Shown piece after piece: positions 50,035 to 63,353 of a DNA stretch of 64,000 nucleotides. Each line of letters opens with the position of its first letter. Position 1 is the stretch's first letter. Where the stretch lies: assembly GCA_001949185.1 (NCBI GenBank), contig BDGG01000013.1, positions 748,581 through 812,580 of the forward strand, written 5' to 3'. The translations under genes and the position numbers were made by a program. The notes under the pieces are model-generated. The model was not told where the DNA came from, searched no databases, and was given only the letters and a program-made list of their open reading frames with translations. This DNA comes from Ramazzottius varieornatus (Eukaryota; Animalia; Tardigrada).

Positions 50035-51376
50035 GTTCAGCAGGTTCACAGGAGCCTCATTGCCGTTCGCTTTGTTTCTGATTTGAGATCTTGTTCGTTA
50101 GATGAGGTTCCCGTTTTGCGGCCTTTACCACTTTACTGACATTTCGACTGCAGAGATGCGTATTTTCTTGCTCGTCTGGGCGGACCTGCAGCCGTAATAC
50201 GGCAGTTTCATAGCTTCCTGTAGTGTATCTGATTAGAGACGGATAAAAAAGACCGTCCTCGTATCACAGCCGAACAAATTCCAGATAACAACCCGGAAAC
50301 ACAATAGTGTTTATATCATTATAATTATAATGCATCACTAATATAATGTCTACAAAACGTGCCAAGGAGCGTCTAGTGACTATGATAAGGAGAAACCGAG
50401 GGTACCTAGGCTATTTTGTTCACAAAGTGATCATATGCAGAGTGCTCTTTAACCCAAACTTCTTTCAACACCTTGTACTTTTCCAGCATTATAATTTACG
50501 ATGAAAAATCGAGAAACAATGGCGAAGGATGGTCGCCGATCGGTTGTCGGATTTCTGGTTTTTTTCTTCGCGGTGACCTGTTACGCCATCCAAGCATCTG
50601 ACGCTGACGACAATGATTTGGGTATCTGCATACGAGAATGCCTCCAAAGTGTTTTTCCTCCGAATCGGTCTTTTATAACATCAGGTTCTTTTGAACATCA
50701 AACTGTACCATAAGTTGCATTTGCTACCATTTGCTACCAAAATGAACGTTGTACCAGTGTCCGAAAAATTTGAGGTTTCGAATCGAAAATGCAGGGGTTT
50801 AGTCCAGCCAGTCTTGGCGTCAGTAGCGTGCGATTTCTGGAGACACGTACCTGCAGCTGTCTTTACATTAGCTTGTTTCCAACACCTTTCGCTTGATTGA
50901 TTGATTAAGTGGACGTGCGCAGTACGCTGCACAGCGTGTGTGCGCGGATCAGCCTCATGGCTGCCACTTTCGAAGCTTTCAGAAATATGTGCGTAACCTC
51001 TTTACCTTTGGTCGGATAAGCTTTCTGCAAACGAATTCAGGTTCCGGGATGTCTGCAAAATGATGGCAGACACGCGCATCAAAAACTTGTCGGGGGACAA
51101 AACACAAAAACTCGATTCCTGAACAGTTTGGTCCGACACCCCTTGGACATTACCTCCTTCTCGACGATATCTTCCTGTTTGCGGACCAGTGGATGCAACC
51201 AACAATATGTGGAAAAATGTACCGTGGTATCCTTATCAGTTCCGGTACACCGATGACGGAAAAGAAGGTAACGAAGGAATGCAGTTTGTGTAGGCCACTC
51301 ACAACTGCACGTACAGAAGTCTGTCAGATTTTCATAGTACCAATGCGAACTTCGCCATCACGCAATCTTCTGTGGT

Positions 51377-54300
51377 TAGTGTAGGTCCGACCCGACCGGG
51401 TCGATCGACCAATGGTCGTTTGGTCGATGGTCGATCGACCCTGTGGTCACCGCAATGTTAGGATTTAAAGGGCCATAAAGGCTCGGAAATCTCATGAGGC
51501 TGACGAGTGGGTACGTGAGCGTTCTCGTGATATTGATTTTTGTCTGATGTATGGCTATTGTAGACTTGACGCAGGTAAAAGGTAGAAAAAATGATAAAAG
51601 GAACAAAAACACTAATCGGCGAACACGTCGTCCGGCACTGATTCATCGTCGGTAGTTTCCCAGCAGTCATGGTCTTCATCCTCAGAGTCTTCCACAACTT
51701 CATCTTTTATCCATTCCTCGTCGTTCTCATCCGGGCCATGCTCAAGGAAAGATCCTTCCCACGACCTCGAGCATATGGACGCCCTGATTGTAAGCGCTTG
51801 CATCTTCGATCGGTTGTAGTGTATAAGCATACGGCCCAGTGAATTGGTCTGTTCGGAAGCAATTGCAGTGGCTTGAATGACCATATGGTCAAAGGTCATC
51901 GACTGCAGATTACCATACTTCGCCCCATTCCGTTTCTACCACTCAATTGGATCAATTTGGGCGTTGGCTGGTTTTTTTAGTATGTACGCGTCCAAGTTGT
52001 CGGCATCTAGTGAGACATACGAAGTGCTGGCGGAGGTTGTGGCTAATGTGGATACTGATCCAGAACCACCACTGGCTCTCGCCTGAGCTTTTTTCAGCGC
52101 CCGGTCGTATATGCCGGGTTTGCTTGTACATTGGCGCTGAGTGTCGTTTCTGTCACCAAATAAATTATGTGAACATTTCACAGCAAAATTTGACCTCTCT
52201 CCCCATCATCGTTTCTCTATAGTTATTTACTCGTTAAGACAGTCGAAGGCTGAATACGTCTTCGGGCGGCCAGTGAGTTTGGCTGTATGAACTGTTCACA
52301 GGATTTACCTCGAAGCAGTCTGATATCTCACCAGCGTTTCACGCATAAGCGGTAGTACTCTTTCTTTCGCATCCGGTGTCAGAATGGACACGTCGGACCT
52401 TGGGTCCAGTACCGTCGCTGCGAGCACTTCGGTCAGGTTGACCTTCTCCCAGTAGAAGTCCATCTTCTGCTGCATTGCTTCCACGGCTTCTTCAATATCG
52501 GGATGGTCTGCAAGTGTTGATATATTTAATCAGTTTGTCCAGGCCAATAATTAGGCAGGGTAAGTAAACGGTACTGTCAGCGTCAGGACCGACGCGGCCT
52601 GTATCGATTATCGAATAGATAAAACTGTTGCTCATGGGACGGGCATGGTACCGAAAAGTTAAGTAGTTTCGGTTTGATTGATGAAATGTGGCCTGGCCAT
52701 AATACTGCCAATCCGCTATTGAAGTTATGCCAGCAACCCGAAGCCAGTTGCACGTAGGCTTGACGTAGGCAACTCAAGTGAATGTAATCAATTTTGGGCA
52801 ATGGCGAATTTCACCATTTTTTACTGGAGTTTCACCGGTGTGTCACCAATTCATCATAACTGCCCGAAGTCTCGCGAAGATCAAACATAATTCTTTCACC
52901 TGCGGGAACGTATTTCGATAAGCTTTAACCGCACCAGCAGAAACGTTCTATATCCTGTCGGCGGTAAAAGAGGTCATGCCTTTGGAAACGCATGTCAAAG
53001 TCGTAACAAAATATTTGTCGTATTCAGTTGGACGGATTCGGATTCGTTTTGTCTTTATGATACTTACTCTGTACTAAAGGGAAGGCGATCAAAACAAGCT
53101 TCCCTGGTTGAAAATTTTATGGAGAAGCCGTGGAGCTGCTGAATGGTCTTGGCGCAGTTATGGTGAAACTTCGAGTGGTTATTGATAAATGGTGACACTC
53201 CGGTGAGACTTCAGAAAAAAATGGTGAAATTCGCCATTGCCCGAAATCGATTACATTCATTTGAGTTGCCTACGTCAAGCCTACGTCCTATTGGTTTCAG
53301 GCCGCCGGGATAACTTCAATGGCGGATTTGCAGTATTATGGCCGGGCCACATTTCATCAATCAAACCAAAACTACTTAACTTCTCGGTACCATGACCGTC
53401 CCATAAGCAAAAGTTTTATGCATTCCGTACAGGCCGCGTCCCCTGGTCAGGGTCACTGTGTTCTCCTTACCTGATGCAGTTTGTTCTTCCAAATGCTCTT
53501 TCAACTCGTTCATTACTGGAAGGACCTTCGACAAAGTGGGTTTTTCTTTCTGGATAATTCCAGCGTAGCCTCGTACAATGGCTTCAGCAGAGAAACAAAC
53601 ATTTCCACTTCGTCCCATTGGAAGTCATTCATTTGGTATTCATCCATGTTTCTATAAGTCCTGGAAAACTCGTCCAGACTGGATCGGAAGGTCAGGGCAA
53701 CATTCAACATCATGTACGTCGAGTTCCAGCGTGTAGTAACATCCAACGGTACACGTATAGCTTCTCGCTTGGGTCGCTGTTTCTTTTGTATTTTTTGAAA
53801 ATGGGAGAACGCTTTGTCGTGTCCAAGCGTCTTGGCGTACTCGCGCACCACGGTGGTGGTATCTTGTAGTTCTTTCACTCCTTCCTGACATACCAGATTG
53901 ATGACATGAGCAGCACATCTTACTCGAATAATTTGGGGCTGCTCGATTTGCCACCAGTCCATCGCGGAATCCAGATTGGTGGCATTATATCTGCCGTAAC
54001 GGAGACGATACGATCCGTTATGCGGAAGTATCAGTGATTTTCTTCAAAGCTTTAAAGGTGGTCTCTCCGTCATGCGGATGTTCGATGCGAACGAAGTCAA
54101 GAACGCAGTTGAAGAAGGTTTCGTGGTCCGGTGAGAACCAATGTGCAGTGACCACAAGGAAGCTGAGTCTGTTTATCGCACTCCAGTAACCAGTTTTTAA
54201 AGCGATCTTACTGCCAGTATCTTGCAACAGATCCTTCAGCTGCCGTCTTGCTTCGAAGAAATGGGTCTTAATATCCCTGCTGATAGCCTTACGTCCGGGA

Positions 54301-55561
54301 GGCTCGTAGTTCTTATGACACTTCTTCAGAAGCCTTCGGAAATACTTGTTGGATACCACTCGAAAAGCTTGGAAGTCGTGGTACACCCATCGAACCAGAG
54401 CACGATCAATTTCCTCCTTCAGCTGTGGGTTGATCCTCCTCGCGGTGGAGGGTCGAACGACATGGCCCTCGTCCTGGATGCGGTGGGCTTTCTCAACGTG
54501 CCTCCACAGGTTTGTAGTCGATGTCGAGAAATCCTTACCGCATTCCTGCTTGGTCTTCGGATCCACAACGATACATCTCGCCCCTTTCACCTTCTTGCGG
54601 ATATTACGTGAGGCAGGCAGCATACTGAAGTAAACCCAAACTTTCGACGCCACTGACCGTTGACTATCCTGGCTTTCGTTGTCGTCGCCTCCGTTACTGC
54701 GGTCTTCTCGGTCATCTTCATCGAGATCAGATGGTAGTGGTGGGTTGTCATTTTGCCAGTCGCCGTCTTCATCCGAATTATGCTCCGAACTGTCGCTCCG
54801 GTGCACCGTCGGTTGAACAGTCTTCCGGGTCTTTCGGCCTCTGGCTGGTTGTGCTGCAGTTGTACTCGACAAATGGCGCGTACTCAATCAAAGCTTCGGT
54901 ATTGTTTTCCCGTAGTCCCCCATAGCTAAAAACCAGCGCTGACCACTGCGCCACTTGCAAGAGGCGGAAGCTATACAGTTGAGAGCTTAAGCACAACCAT
55001 GACCTCGACTCTAAATCTAAACTTCCTGAGTTCCCTGTGAGTTCACGTGTACTAGCTGAATTCATGGCAACAAGCAATACCAAGCTTAGCGGGAAACAAT
55101 TGTTCAATCTGCACCTTACGACGTGTTCTCTGTTATGATTCAACAAGACCAAATCAGATTTCGTTACAATGCTCGCGCTGCATACCCGATTGTCGGTCTG
55201 TAAGGCTTCTTCTTCTGATGTGGGGAAATGCACACATGCATCGTTAGTAAGGGCCTCCAAACCTCACGCGGTAATGTGTACTTCAGTTACGTGGGGACCA
55301 CGGACGCGTTAGGCGCCTAACAATGCACTGTCAAAAGCGGAGTGGCAGAAATCAGCAAAACCGGACCATTTTTACCCGATTATCGTCTGATGATGTTCGC
55401 GCGTCGACCTCGTGCTGCATCCTCAAAACCGTTAATGCTAACTGTTTCCACGTTGAAATGTGTGAACAAGCATAGATATTCTAGCAATCTGTCGACCTGC
55501 AGGTCGACCATCGACCAAACGACCACATGGTCATCGACCCGGTCGGGTCGGACCTACACCA
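51377..55561 (-). mobile_element. hAT transposon (4.2 kb), defective transposase, in an intron
   Basis: TIR T.GTGTAGGTCCGACCCGACCGGGTCGAT and perfect 8-bp TSD TCTGTGGT (51369-51376, 55562-55569). BED finger (SKVWVYF..C..C..NLWRHVEKAH), RCAAHVINL, TRWNSTY, DPIEW; frameshifts and stops. Confidence 0.95.
52574..53458. mobile_element. ~885-bp foldback element filling an intron of the hAT transposase
   Basis: Imperfect inverted arms of ~280 bp (52574-52848 vs 53190-53458) inside the minus-strand intron 52508-53470. Confidence 0.88.
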
Positions 55562-55584
55562 TCTGTGGTTTTGTCTTACTGTAG

Positions 55585-55988
55585 GAAATTTTGCGGTGAA
55601 GTCCAACTGTACTCGTCTGGCGATCGACAAGCCGACCGTTGGACCGGAAGCCATTGCCACGCTGCGCACAAGCGTTTACCAGCACGGCACGCCGAACTAT
55701 GAATGTCGGCGGTTTTACGTTTCGTTCTGGGTCCGCTTCTCAGACCGGCCAGTCTTCACCGAAAATCCCGAAGACGAGTTGCGGTTTTTCCTGAGCCTGC
55801 AGTTATTTCGTCCACGTCAGACCACAAACGCGACGTTACCTCAAATCAAACTGTGGGGAAAAGAGGCGTCTGATTTTACAGGCATTGAGAAAAACGAGTG
55901 GTATTCTGTTTCAGCCAACTTTACGGAAAACGAACCTTTCAGTCTTGTGTTTTTCGCTCACCACAAAAACAACTGTACAAACCCAGAA
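55585..55988 (+). repeat. near-identical copy of exon segment 58310-58713
   Basis: 404 bp with only two differences seen by eye, both synonymous. Confidence 0.9.
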
Positions 55989-57837
55989 GTCAGCGGAGTC
56001 ATCCTTATTGATGACTTTGTTACAACAACAGGTAAAAGGGCTGCGCGCGGTTCTAACTTATTCGTACTTGCACATGATCAGTGAGAATATCTGGAAGTAT
56101 TGAGGTCATCGATATCTTTTGAATCGGATTATTCCATTCGGGTAATTGGCTCTTCCTTGCGTTGAGCAGATTGCGCGAGACCGATAACCATCCCAGCGAC
56201 GCCCGACTCTACCACACTGAGGTTTACCACAAGGCCAAACACGACATCAAAAACCCCAATGATAACGACTGCGACAAAGCTGTCCACAACATCACAGCCA
56301 ACACCGAACTCCGGACCTACTATTCGTGAAACAGTTCCACAAAGGACAACCGTGTTAACAACACCTGCGCCACTAACCTGCGCAAACATCAGCACTCGTT
56401 GTATGGGCTACGCCGAGCGTACTCTGTTCCGCCGAAAGCTGTCCTGCTCTTTCGAGAATATTGACCTTTCAATCCAGACAGCTGACCGTTACAAATTACC
56501 GGTTTGCGGTCCAACCGAGCCATCCTACGAGACAGGAGCCCTCGACGTGTGGAGAACCACTGCATGATACCCGTATCAGTTTCAGTTTAACAGCCAAAAT
56601 GCTGTTGAAGGTAACTTCTCCACCAGTTGCCTTAGAAGAAAGTCCCTCTAAGTATCGCATTTTGACACTCACAGGTGATTTCTCCGTAAAATCCAACTGT
56701 ATGCGTTCGCGATTTCCTTCAAGTGCGATTTCGAGCTTCAACGCCACCGCCGCTCTGCGCAGTAGCCCGTTCGACGTGAGCACCGAGTGCCGCCATTTTT
56801 ATGTTTCGTTTCGGGTGCGCTTCTCGGAAGAGCCGACATACTCAGAACATCACAGTGATCGGAATCGATTTTTCCTCAGTCTTGGCTTGTACTACACTTC
56901 AGGCCAGACTTCCGACACAATATCCAATCTGCCCAAAATGGTCTTGTGGGGTGGCAGCCGGTCAGATTTTGTCCGCATGACCGGAAACAAGTGGTACCAT
57001 GTCGACACTGAGTTCCTCGGACAAGAGACGTTTTGTTTGGTATTCTTCGCCCACCATAGAAACGAATGCTCGAGAGACGGCGGAGAAATCTACTTAGACG
57101 ACGTCACAACTCACACGGGTAAGCATATGGTGTCACTCGCATCACTCTTTGCTGCTATTCTCTTTCCCATGTGACACGCGATAGTACATGCTGGTTTTTT
57201 TCAGACTGCGTCAGGCCACCCCGTGCAAAGTGACTAAAAACATGGCGCCAACAGGAGTGACCTCATATTGACTTCGGAATGACCTCGTGTAAACTAAACA
57301 CCTACTTCACTGTTGTTTTGCTAAGAAAATTTCAAGCTGGAACAAGTCGGTGTTTTTCGCTGTCTGTGCGGTCATGCTTTATTTGCCTTTATCGCGCCTC
57401 ATGTACGTAATAAGTGAACCCATCACATAACCGTACTCTCGTAGCAATGGGCTTAACTACGAAAGCCGAACAATGTAATTTAGTGGACAAGAAGAGATAC
57501 TATTGTTTGAGATGCGCCATCAGAAGGTGATTATCACCCCGGAATGTTTGCTCAATGCTTGTCCGGCGCGGGTCTACGCATAGTTATGTCTACAAGTGGC
57601 ATACTCATTCATATGAAGCAGCTGGACCTTGCCATGGTTCCTGCCTGCGATATTTCGAATTCCCCTAGTTTGTATTTGATTGTTCAGTCGTTGTCACAGA
57701 CTGGGTTTGTCCTTCCTTGCTCCTGCATAGCGTGAATGATGGCTCGAAATGGGTTCTTTTGTGTGATGGCCAGAACGTACTTACCTTGACATGAGATCGT
57801 TGGCTCATCGTTTTATTCCAGAAGGACTGTATCGGTC

Positions 57838-60800
57838 ATGGGTTCGAAGATGAGTTACTATTTTGATGCATTCATCTTTTTTCTGATGACGACTCTTATT
57901 GGGCATAACTGTGCAGTGGGAGGATTGGCAAACTTCACTGACGAGAATGACTTCTCATCTCCACTGCTTACTTGTCGCGACCCCGCCGACACCTGTTTTA
58001 GCGATGAAGACAATAATGTGCTTGATTTCTTCTTATCCTGCTCGTTCGAAGACATTGATGAGACCATAACATTACCTCCTTCTCGACGATATCTTCCAGT
58101 TTGCGGACCAGTGGATGCAACCAACAATATGTGGAAAAACATACCGTGGTATCCGTACCAGTTCCGGTACACCGATGATAGAAAAGAGGGTAACGAAGAA
58201 ATGTAGTTTTTGTAAGCCACTCGAATATAGAATTTCTCGTCAAATTTTCACACAATGCCAAAGCATATGTCACCATTACGCTGTCTTCTGTAGTTTCGTC
58301 TTGCTGTAGGAAATTTTGCGGTGAAGTCCAACTGTACTCGTCTGGCGATCGACAAGCCGACCGTTGGACCGGAAGCCATAGCCACACTGCGCACAAGCGT
58401 TTACCAGCACGGCACGCCGAACTATGAATGTCGGCGGTTTTACGTTTCGTTCTGGGTCCGCTTCTCAGACCGGCCAGTCTTCACCGAAAATCCCGAAGAC
58501 GAGTTGCGGTTTTTCCTGAGCCTGCAGTTATTTCGTCCACGTCAGACCACAAACGCGACGTTACCTCAAATCAAACTGTGGGGAAAAGAGGCGTCTGATT
58601 TTACAGGCATTGAGAAAAACGAGTGGTATTCTGTTTCAGCCAACTTTACGGAAAACGAACCTTTCAGTCTTGTGTTTTTCGCTCACCACAAAAACAACTG
58701 TACAAACCCAGAACACAGTGGAGTTATCTTTGTCGATGAAGTTATTACAACAACAGGTTAGTTAACTGTTTTTCGTACCTTCGTGCATGTCAGCAGTGGA
58801 AAGTCGGTGACATGAACGACCGTCGAAAAGCATCGTTTTCCGTGATCATGTGCTACCTGTGTTCAATACCGTAGAATCATAGGAAATAATGCGTTTCCTG
58901 CATTTTACAAATAGTTGTTAGTGATTGTACAATTAGGAAGTTCGGATTGGTACAAATTGGATTAGTATAATAATCAGTCGGACTAGTTTACTCCGGGTAA
59001 CGGGTTTTTTGCTTATCTTGAATAGACTGTGTACCAACAACGACACCACCACCGACAACCACCCCGACGACCACCACAGCTACAACAACCACAGCATCGA
59101 CCACGTTGACGATGACAAAACCACCTGACGAAAATACAACAACACCTGCAACTACACTTAAAACCACACTTGAAACGACATCTACTAGTACGCTTACTCC
59201 AACTACCACCATACCCGGTGAGGTGACTTCCACTGACGACGTGGAAGAGAGTACTTCTACATCAACGGGGATCGAGACGACCACAAATGTCCCAACGTCA
59301 ACTGATTCAACTTCTGAAAGTACGAAAACCACCACAGAAGAAACGACACTAGATCCAACAGTATCTGCAACTTCAACAGACACATCGACCGAGTCAACCA
59401 CCGAGACTCCTGAAGCGTCGAGCGAATCGACCACCACTTTGGAGACCAGCACAGTACTCCCCACGGAAGAGTCGACTTCTACTTCGTCGACTGTAACCAC
59501 AACGCCAGATGTCGCAACTTCGTCGAGCACAGCAAACACCACTACAGATGAGACTGCAGAAACAACAAACTCAACTGTTGTCACTGACTCAACCGAAACT
59601 TCCACAATCCCGACTACCAACACACCTGAACCATCAAGTGAAACCACGACGCCAGTTGACACTACAGTTTCAACCATCCCGCCAAATGAAACCACAACCG
59701 ACCCCACCACTAAACCAAGTACCAACGTAACCATTTCGTCCACGCCGTTACCAATTGACACGACAACAGAAAGCCCTACATCCCCATCAACCACCGAAAC
59801 AATCTCCTCAACGACCAACACCACCACGACTTCAGCCTTAATTACGACAAGTCCGGCCATCGTGAGCTCGACCACAACGGAAGAGCCAAATGTAACCAGC
59901 GCAACCATCACGACAGAAAAGCCGGGTGTTGGAAGCTCTTCGACCACGACCACTTTATCGACCTCACCAACCACAATCGACCCTATAACTACCACTTCTC
60001 CAACCACAAGCGCAGTTTCCACCACGACACGCCCATTGCCCACTTGCCCAGAAGACCAGGTGGTAGACCCGGTTACCTTCGAATGTCGCTGCCCTGTCAG
60101 TCATTACTGCACTGCAAATACTGATGGAAGTTCACGGTGCTCTGAATGTGAGGACCTAGCTAACATTGTTTCAACTATAAATCAAACAGACTGATAAAAC
60201 GTTCAACATCTCGTTCAAGATCGTTCAAGATCAAGTCACAGTTACACAAAGTTGTTGTGATGTTTTTTTCTAGATGCCACCCTTGTTGAAAGTACCCTCT
60301 GCATGGATAGCTTCACGTTTGATCCTGCTCTCCAAGACAAAAATTCCGCACTATACCGTGAATACAACGCCTCTGTGGTAAACGCGGTGAGTTTCCTGAC
60401 GAAAACTGAGGTTATAATTATAGTTCTCGAATCTCGACACACACAGTTCATTCTTCTGTTATGCTTCCAGACGAATGTCAAATTGGTAAACGCTAGCATT
60501 ATGGGTGCGGAAGTCATAGTAGTCGAACTCAGAGACGGCTCAGTCATCGCGGAAACTCTAATACGTCACAGGGACGGATCTGTGGCCGGTAACTCGCAGA
60601 TACGGGATGCTATCAATTCAACATGGGATCCCATCACAGTAGGCGATGTGACGTCTGCTGTCATTCCAACCGAAGTTCGCGCGTACAACCGCTGCCTTGT
60701 CGAAGGGAGACCATTATGCGCTCTGAATACGTCACGGTGCGAGTTTTACCCTGACACTGGGAGAAGCGTATGCGCATGTCTTGGGGGCTTTGTTGGAAAT

Positions 60801-61636
60801 CCAAATGACCCCTACCGGTGTCGGGATGCTTGCGTGGTTCATCCTTGCGGGGCCAACGTGGACCGATGTGTGGGGAAAGAGAAAGCGCCGAAACAACGAG
60901 AATGTGTGTGCAAAAAGGGATACACTCACTGGTCAAGTAAAGACGCATGTCACGGTAAGCAGAAATTAAATGAAGGAAAGCGAGGCTGTATAGTTTTCGT
61001 GTCCATAGCTGAATACCGCCGTTACTGTAAAGATTGACTCAAACTTTCTGTACTGCTTCAGACGAGTTACTACCACTGTATATTTCGCTGGGAATCGTGG
61101 TACCACTATTGATTTGTTGGATCGCAGTCTTGTTTTACATGGCACGAAGGTTGGTTGGCTTCGTTATCGTCACGCTGAGTTGGAAATTCTATACGCGCAG
61201 CGCTATTACTTTTAGGAAGAAACGGATGGGTACGGCAACCCGGATGAAATCTAGAGGTAACACCTACGCAGACCGAATTTCCATTACTGAGCTTCCAGAC
61301 CGATACAACGACTACGCACCCAATGCTAATGTCGGACGTGGCTCGGTTGTAAGCGACTTTAGCTCCGACTCGGATCGAACTTCTTCACAGGTACATAAGG
61401 TACAGGGGTTTCTTGCCCAATTCAAATTGTGACTGAAATCTAATACTTTGTTTTAGAATTACACTCAAGAAACGAGGCTCACGAAAACCTTCGAGCAGAG
61501 TCATTACGCACAAGGTGATTTACGGGTTCGTGCACGCGCTCCACGAAGCGTACCGCGACTCGCAGTACCGGATGACTTTGAGACGACATCTGTTGATACC
61601 GAAAGACAGTCTTACTTAGACTACGACAACTCTTAA
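57838..61636 (+). CDS. transmembrane mucin: signal - MAM-like - PTS - Cys-rich - SEA - 2x EGF - TM - cytoplasmic tail
   Basis: CSFE..C..W..LW..W..GVIFVDE (MAM pattern), ~340-aa Thr/Ser stretch, FDPALQDKNSALY and LRDGSVIA (SEA), two EGF-like Cys patterns, TM ISLGIVVPLLICWIAVLFYM. Confidence 0.85.
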
Positions 61637-61858
61637 TCTGGAAATTTACGACCATATTGGTCCGTGCTCTGGATGTCTTATATTGAGTTCGATTTAAAGC
61701 GATCTTTGAAAGAGGGTTGCTCAGTCTACGTTATGTGAAATCCTTGCACATGCGATGTGTTGGCAGAAGCAATTACCGTGGCCTGCAATATTCACTTCAT
61801 TTCAGAACACTGAAAGGTATGGTAACTCAGGGCAGTTTGGGATTAAACACGAGAAACC

Positions 61859-63353
61859 TTACGTTGATTTTTGCAATGAGTACGGAAGCATACTGCCGAA
61901 TATTCGATGTCTCGTTAAAGCCCTCATTCCGTTCCACGAGAAAGCACAAGTAGCCAACCATCAGCGCCAGCAACTGAAAATTCCAAAGCGTGAGTCAACA
62001 GGAAATTTTTTACTGTAGCACCTACTGTAAAACATTTACCCCGGCGAACGAGCGCGAGTCCACGAACTTTAGCATTCCAATCTCCACCGCTAGGGGTCGC
62101 TTCTCAATGTTGCACAGTAGTGTCTCTAAGCTTTCCACCAGTAGTGATCGATCCCCGCGGTACATCGACTTCGCGGCACGAGGTGGAAAATTCATTGTCA
62201 GGCTCAGTGAGCGAAGTTCTTGGATCTCCAGTCGACCGATACTTTCAGCCATGTTTGGCACAAATCTTGACTCTAGAAGTTAGAAAATTCGACCTATTTC
62301 AAACACGAGCGAGGCCACATTCCCAAAGTATCACTGTCTTGCCTTCTTGTAGTTATTCGCGCTACGCAGCATGATGATCATGTAAATGGTGACAGGTATA
62401 CCCAAGAAAGAGATGAGATCAATCCACTGGTCCCTAACCAAGACGTCCAGAGAATTCTGGAAGAATGCTGCCAGCGCGGTAAAGATACTGACAGTGGCTA
62501 CTGCTAACTCAAAACCAATCAGAGTCTTGAACCCGTTCTCGGCACACTGACCCCATGAAATCAACTGCGAGTGCTGAGAGTGTAGCTTCCTTGTCAGTAG
62601 CAGCATCTTCGTGCGTTTGTCGTTGTCAGCAATACACGACGAGTCTTTGGAGCTTTCCAAGAGCTCGGTGGCCGTTGAGGTTATCTCTTCCATTGCAACA
62701 TTGGGTAGTCCGATTATGATAACGGCTAAACCCGCCAGCGCACCGTTGGAGAACTCTGAGATGCTCAAGATAGTGCCGGAAATTAGGTTCAGTGTCTCCG
62801 TTGGAAAATTACCAAAGATAATGTGTGGGCTGGTATCCGATAGGTAATAGATGGTGTAACTCCTGATTCGGCCAGCCCAGTGAACGAACCAAATACAGAA
62901 GGCATAAAGCGTCGCCAGATGAAGTTGAAGGGACAGTTGGTCATGCCCCCACTTGTGACCACTAAAGTGGCTGAGAAAAGCCTTGAAGGAGAAAAGCAAG
63001 GCTTCGGTAATTTCTGCGCGGTTGATGGCGGCATAGGTGAAGATCAGGGCGTTGCTGGAACGCCGAAGAACGACGCGAAGTTCGTAAATGAGTTCAATAA
63101 GGTTTGATCCACCATTGGCGATGGCTTTGGCGGTTGAGTTATCTGCGACGGCGGTACCCACGACAATATTAGGCTTGAGTAGGAGCTTGACGAGGATGTC
63201 AGTGAGAACCACGAGCCAGCTAGCGACAATTACAAATGTACGAAGAGAGGAAGGGAAATGAATGCTGCACGGGTGCTTCTTGTGGTGAGACGGGCTCGTG
63301 TAGAGACCGACGAAGCGCAGTTCGAGTAAGATGAAGTGCGAAAAAATACCCAT
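61859..63353 (-). CDS. gustatory-receptor-like 7TM chemoreceptor (intactness uncertain)
   Basis: Long multi-TM first exon. C-terminal PLAVEIGMLKFVDSRSFAG/LLALMVGYLCFLVE with a phase-0 intron in TM7, as in GR genes. The junction near 62275-62342 is unresolved. Confidence 0.65.

Larger units (their letters stand above)
50501..57233 (+). pseudogene. secreted two-MAM-like-domain gene, paralog of 57838-61636, disrupted
   Basis: Signal exon present; exon 2 lacks its 5' part; hAT in the intron. In the second domain, TGA at 56565 stands where the paralog has W (WYPYQF). Confidence 0.7.

Noticed and set aside
50790-51147. Possible MITE replacing the 5' part of MAM exon 2
   Set aside because: Only a weak CAGGGGT/ACCCCTTG match and no TSD.
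58988-60043. 351-aa Val-rich minus-strand ORF
   Set aside because: Antisense shadow of the PTS mucin exon.
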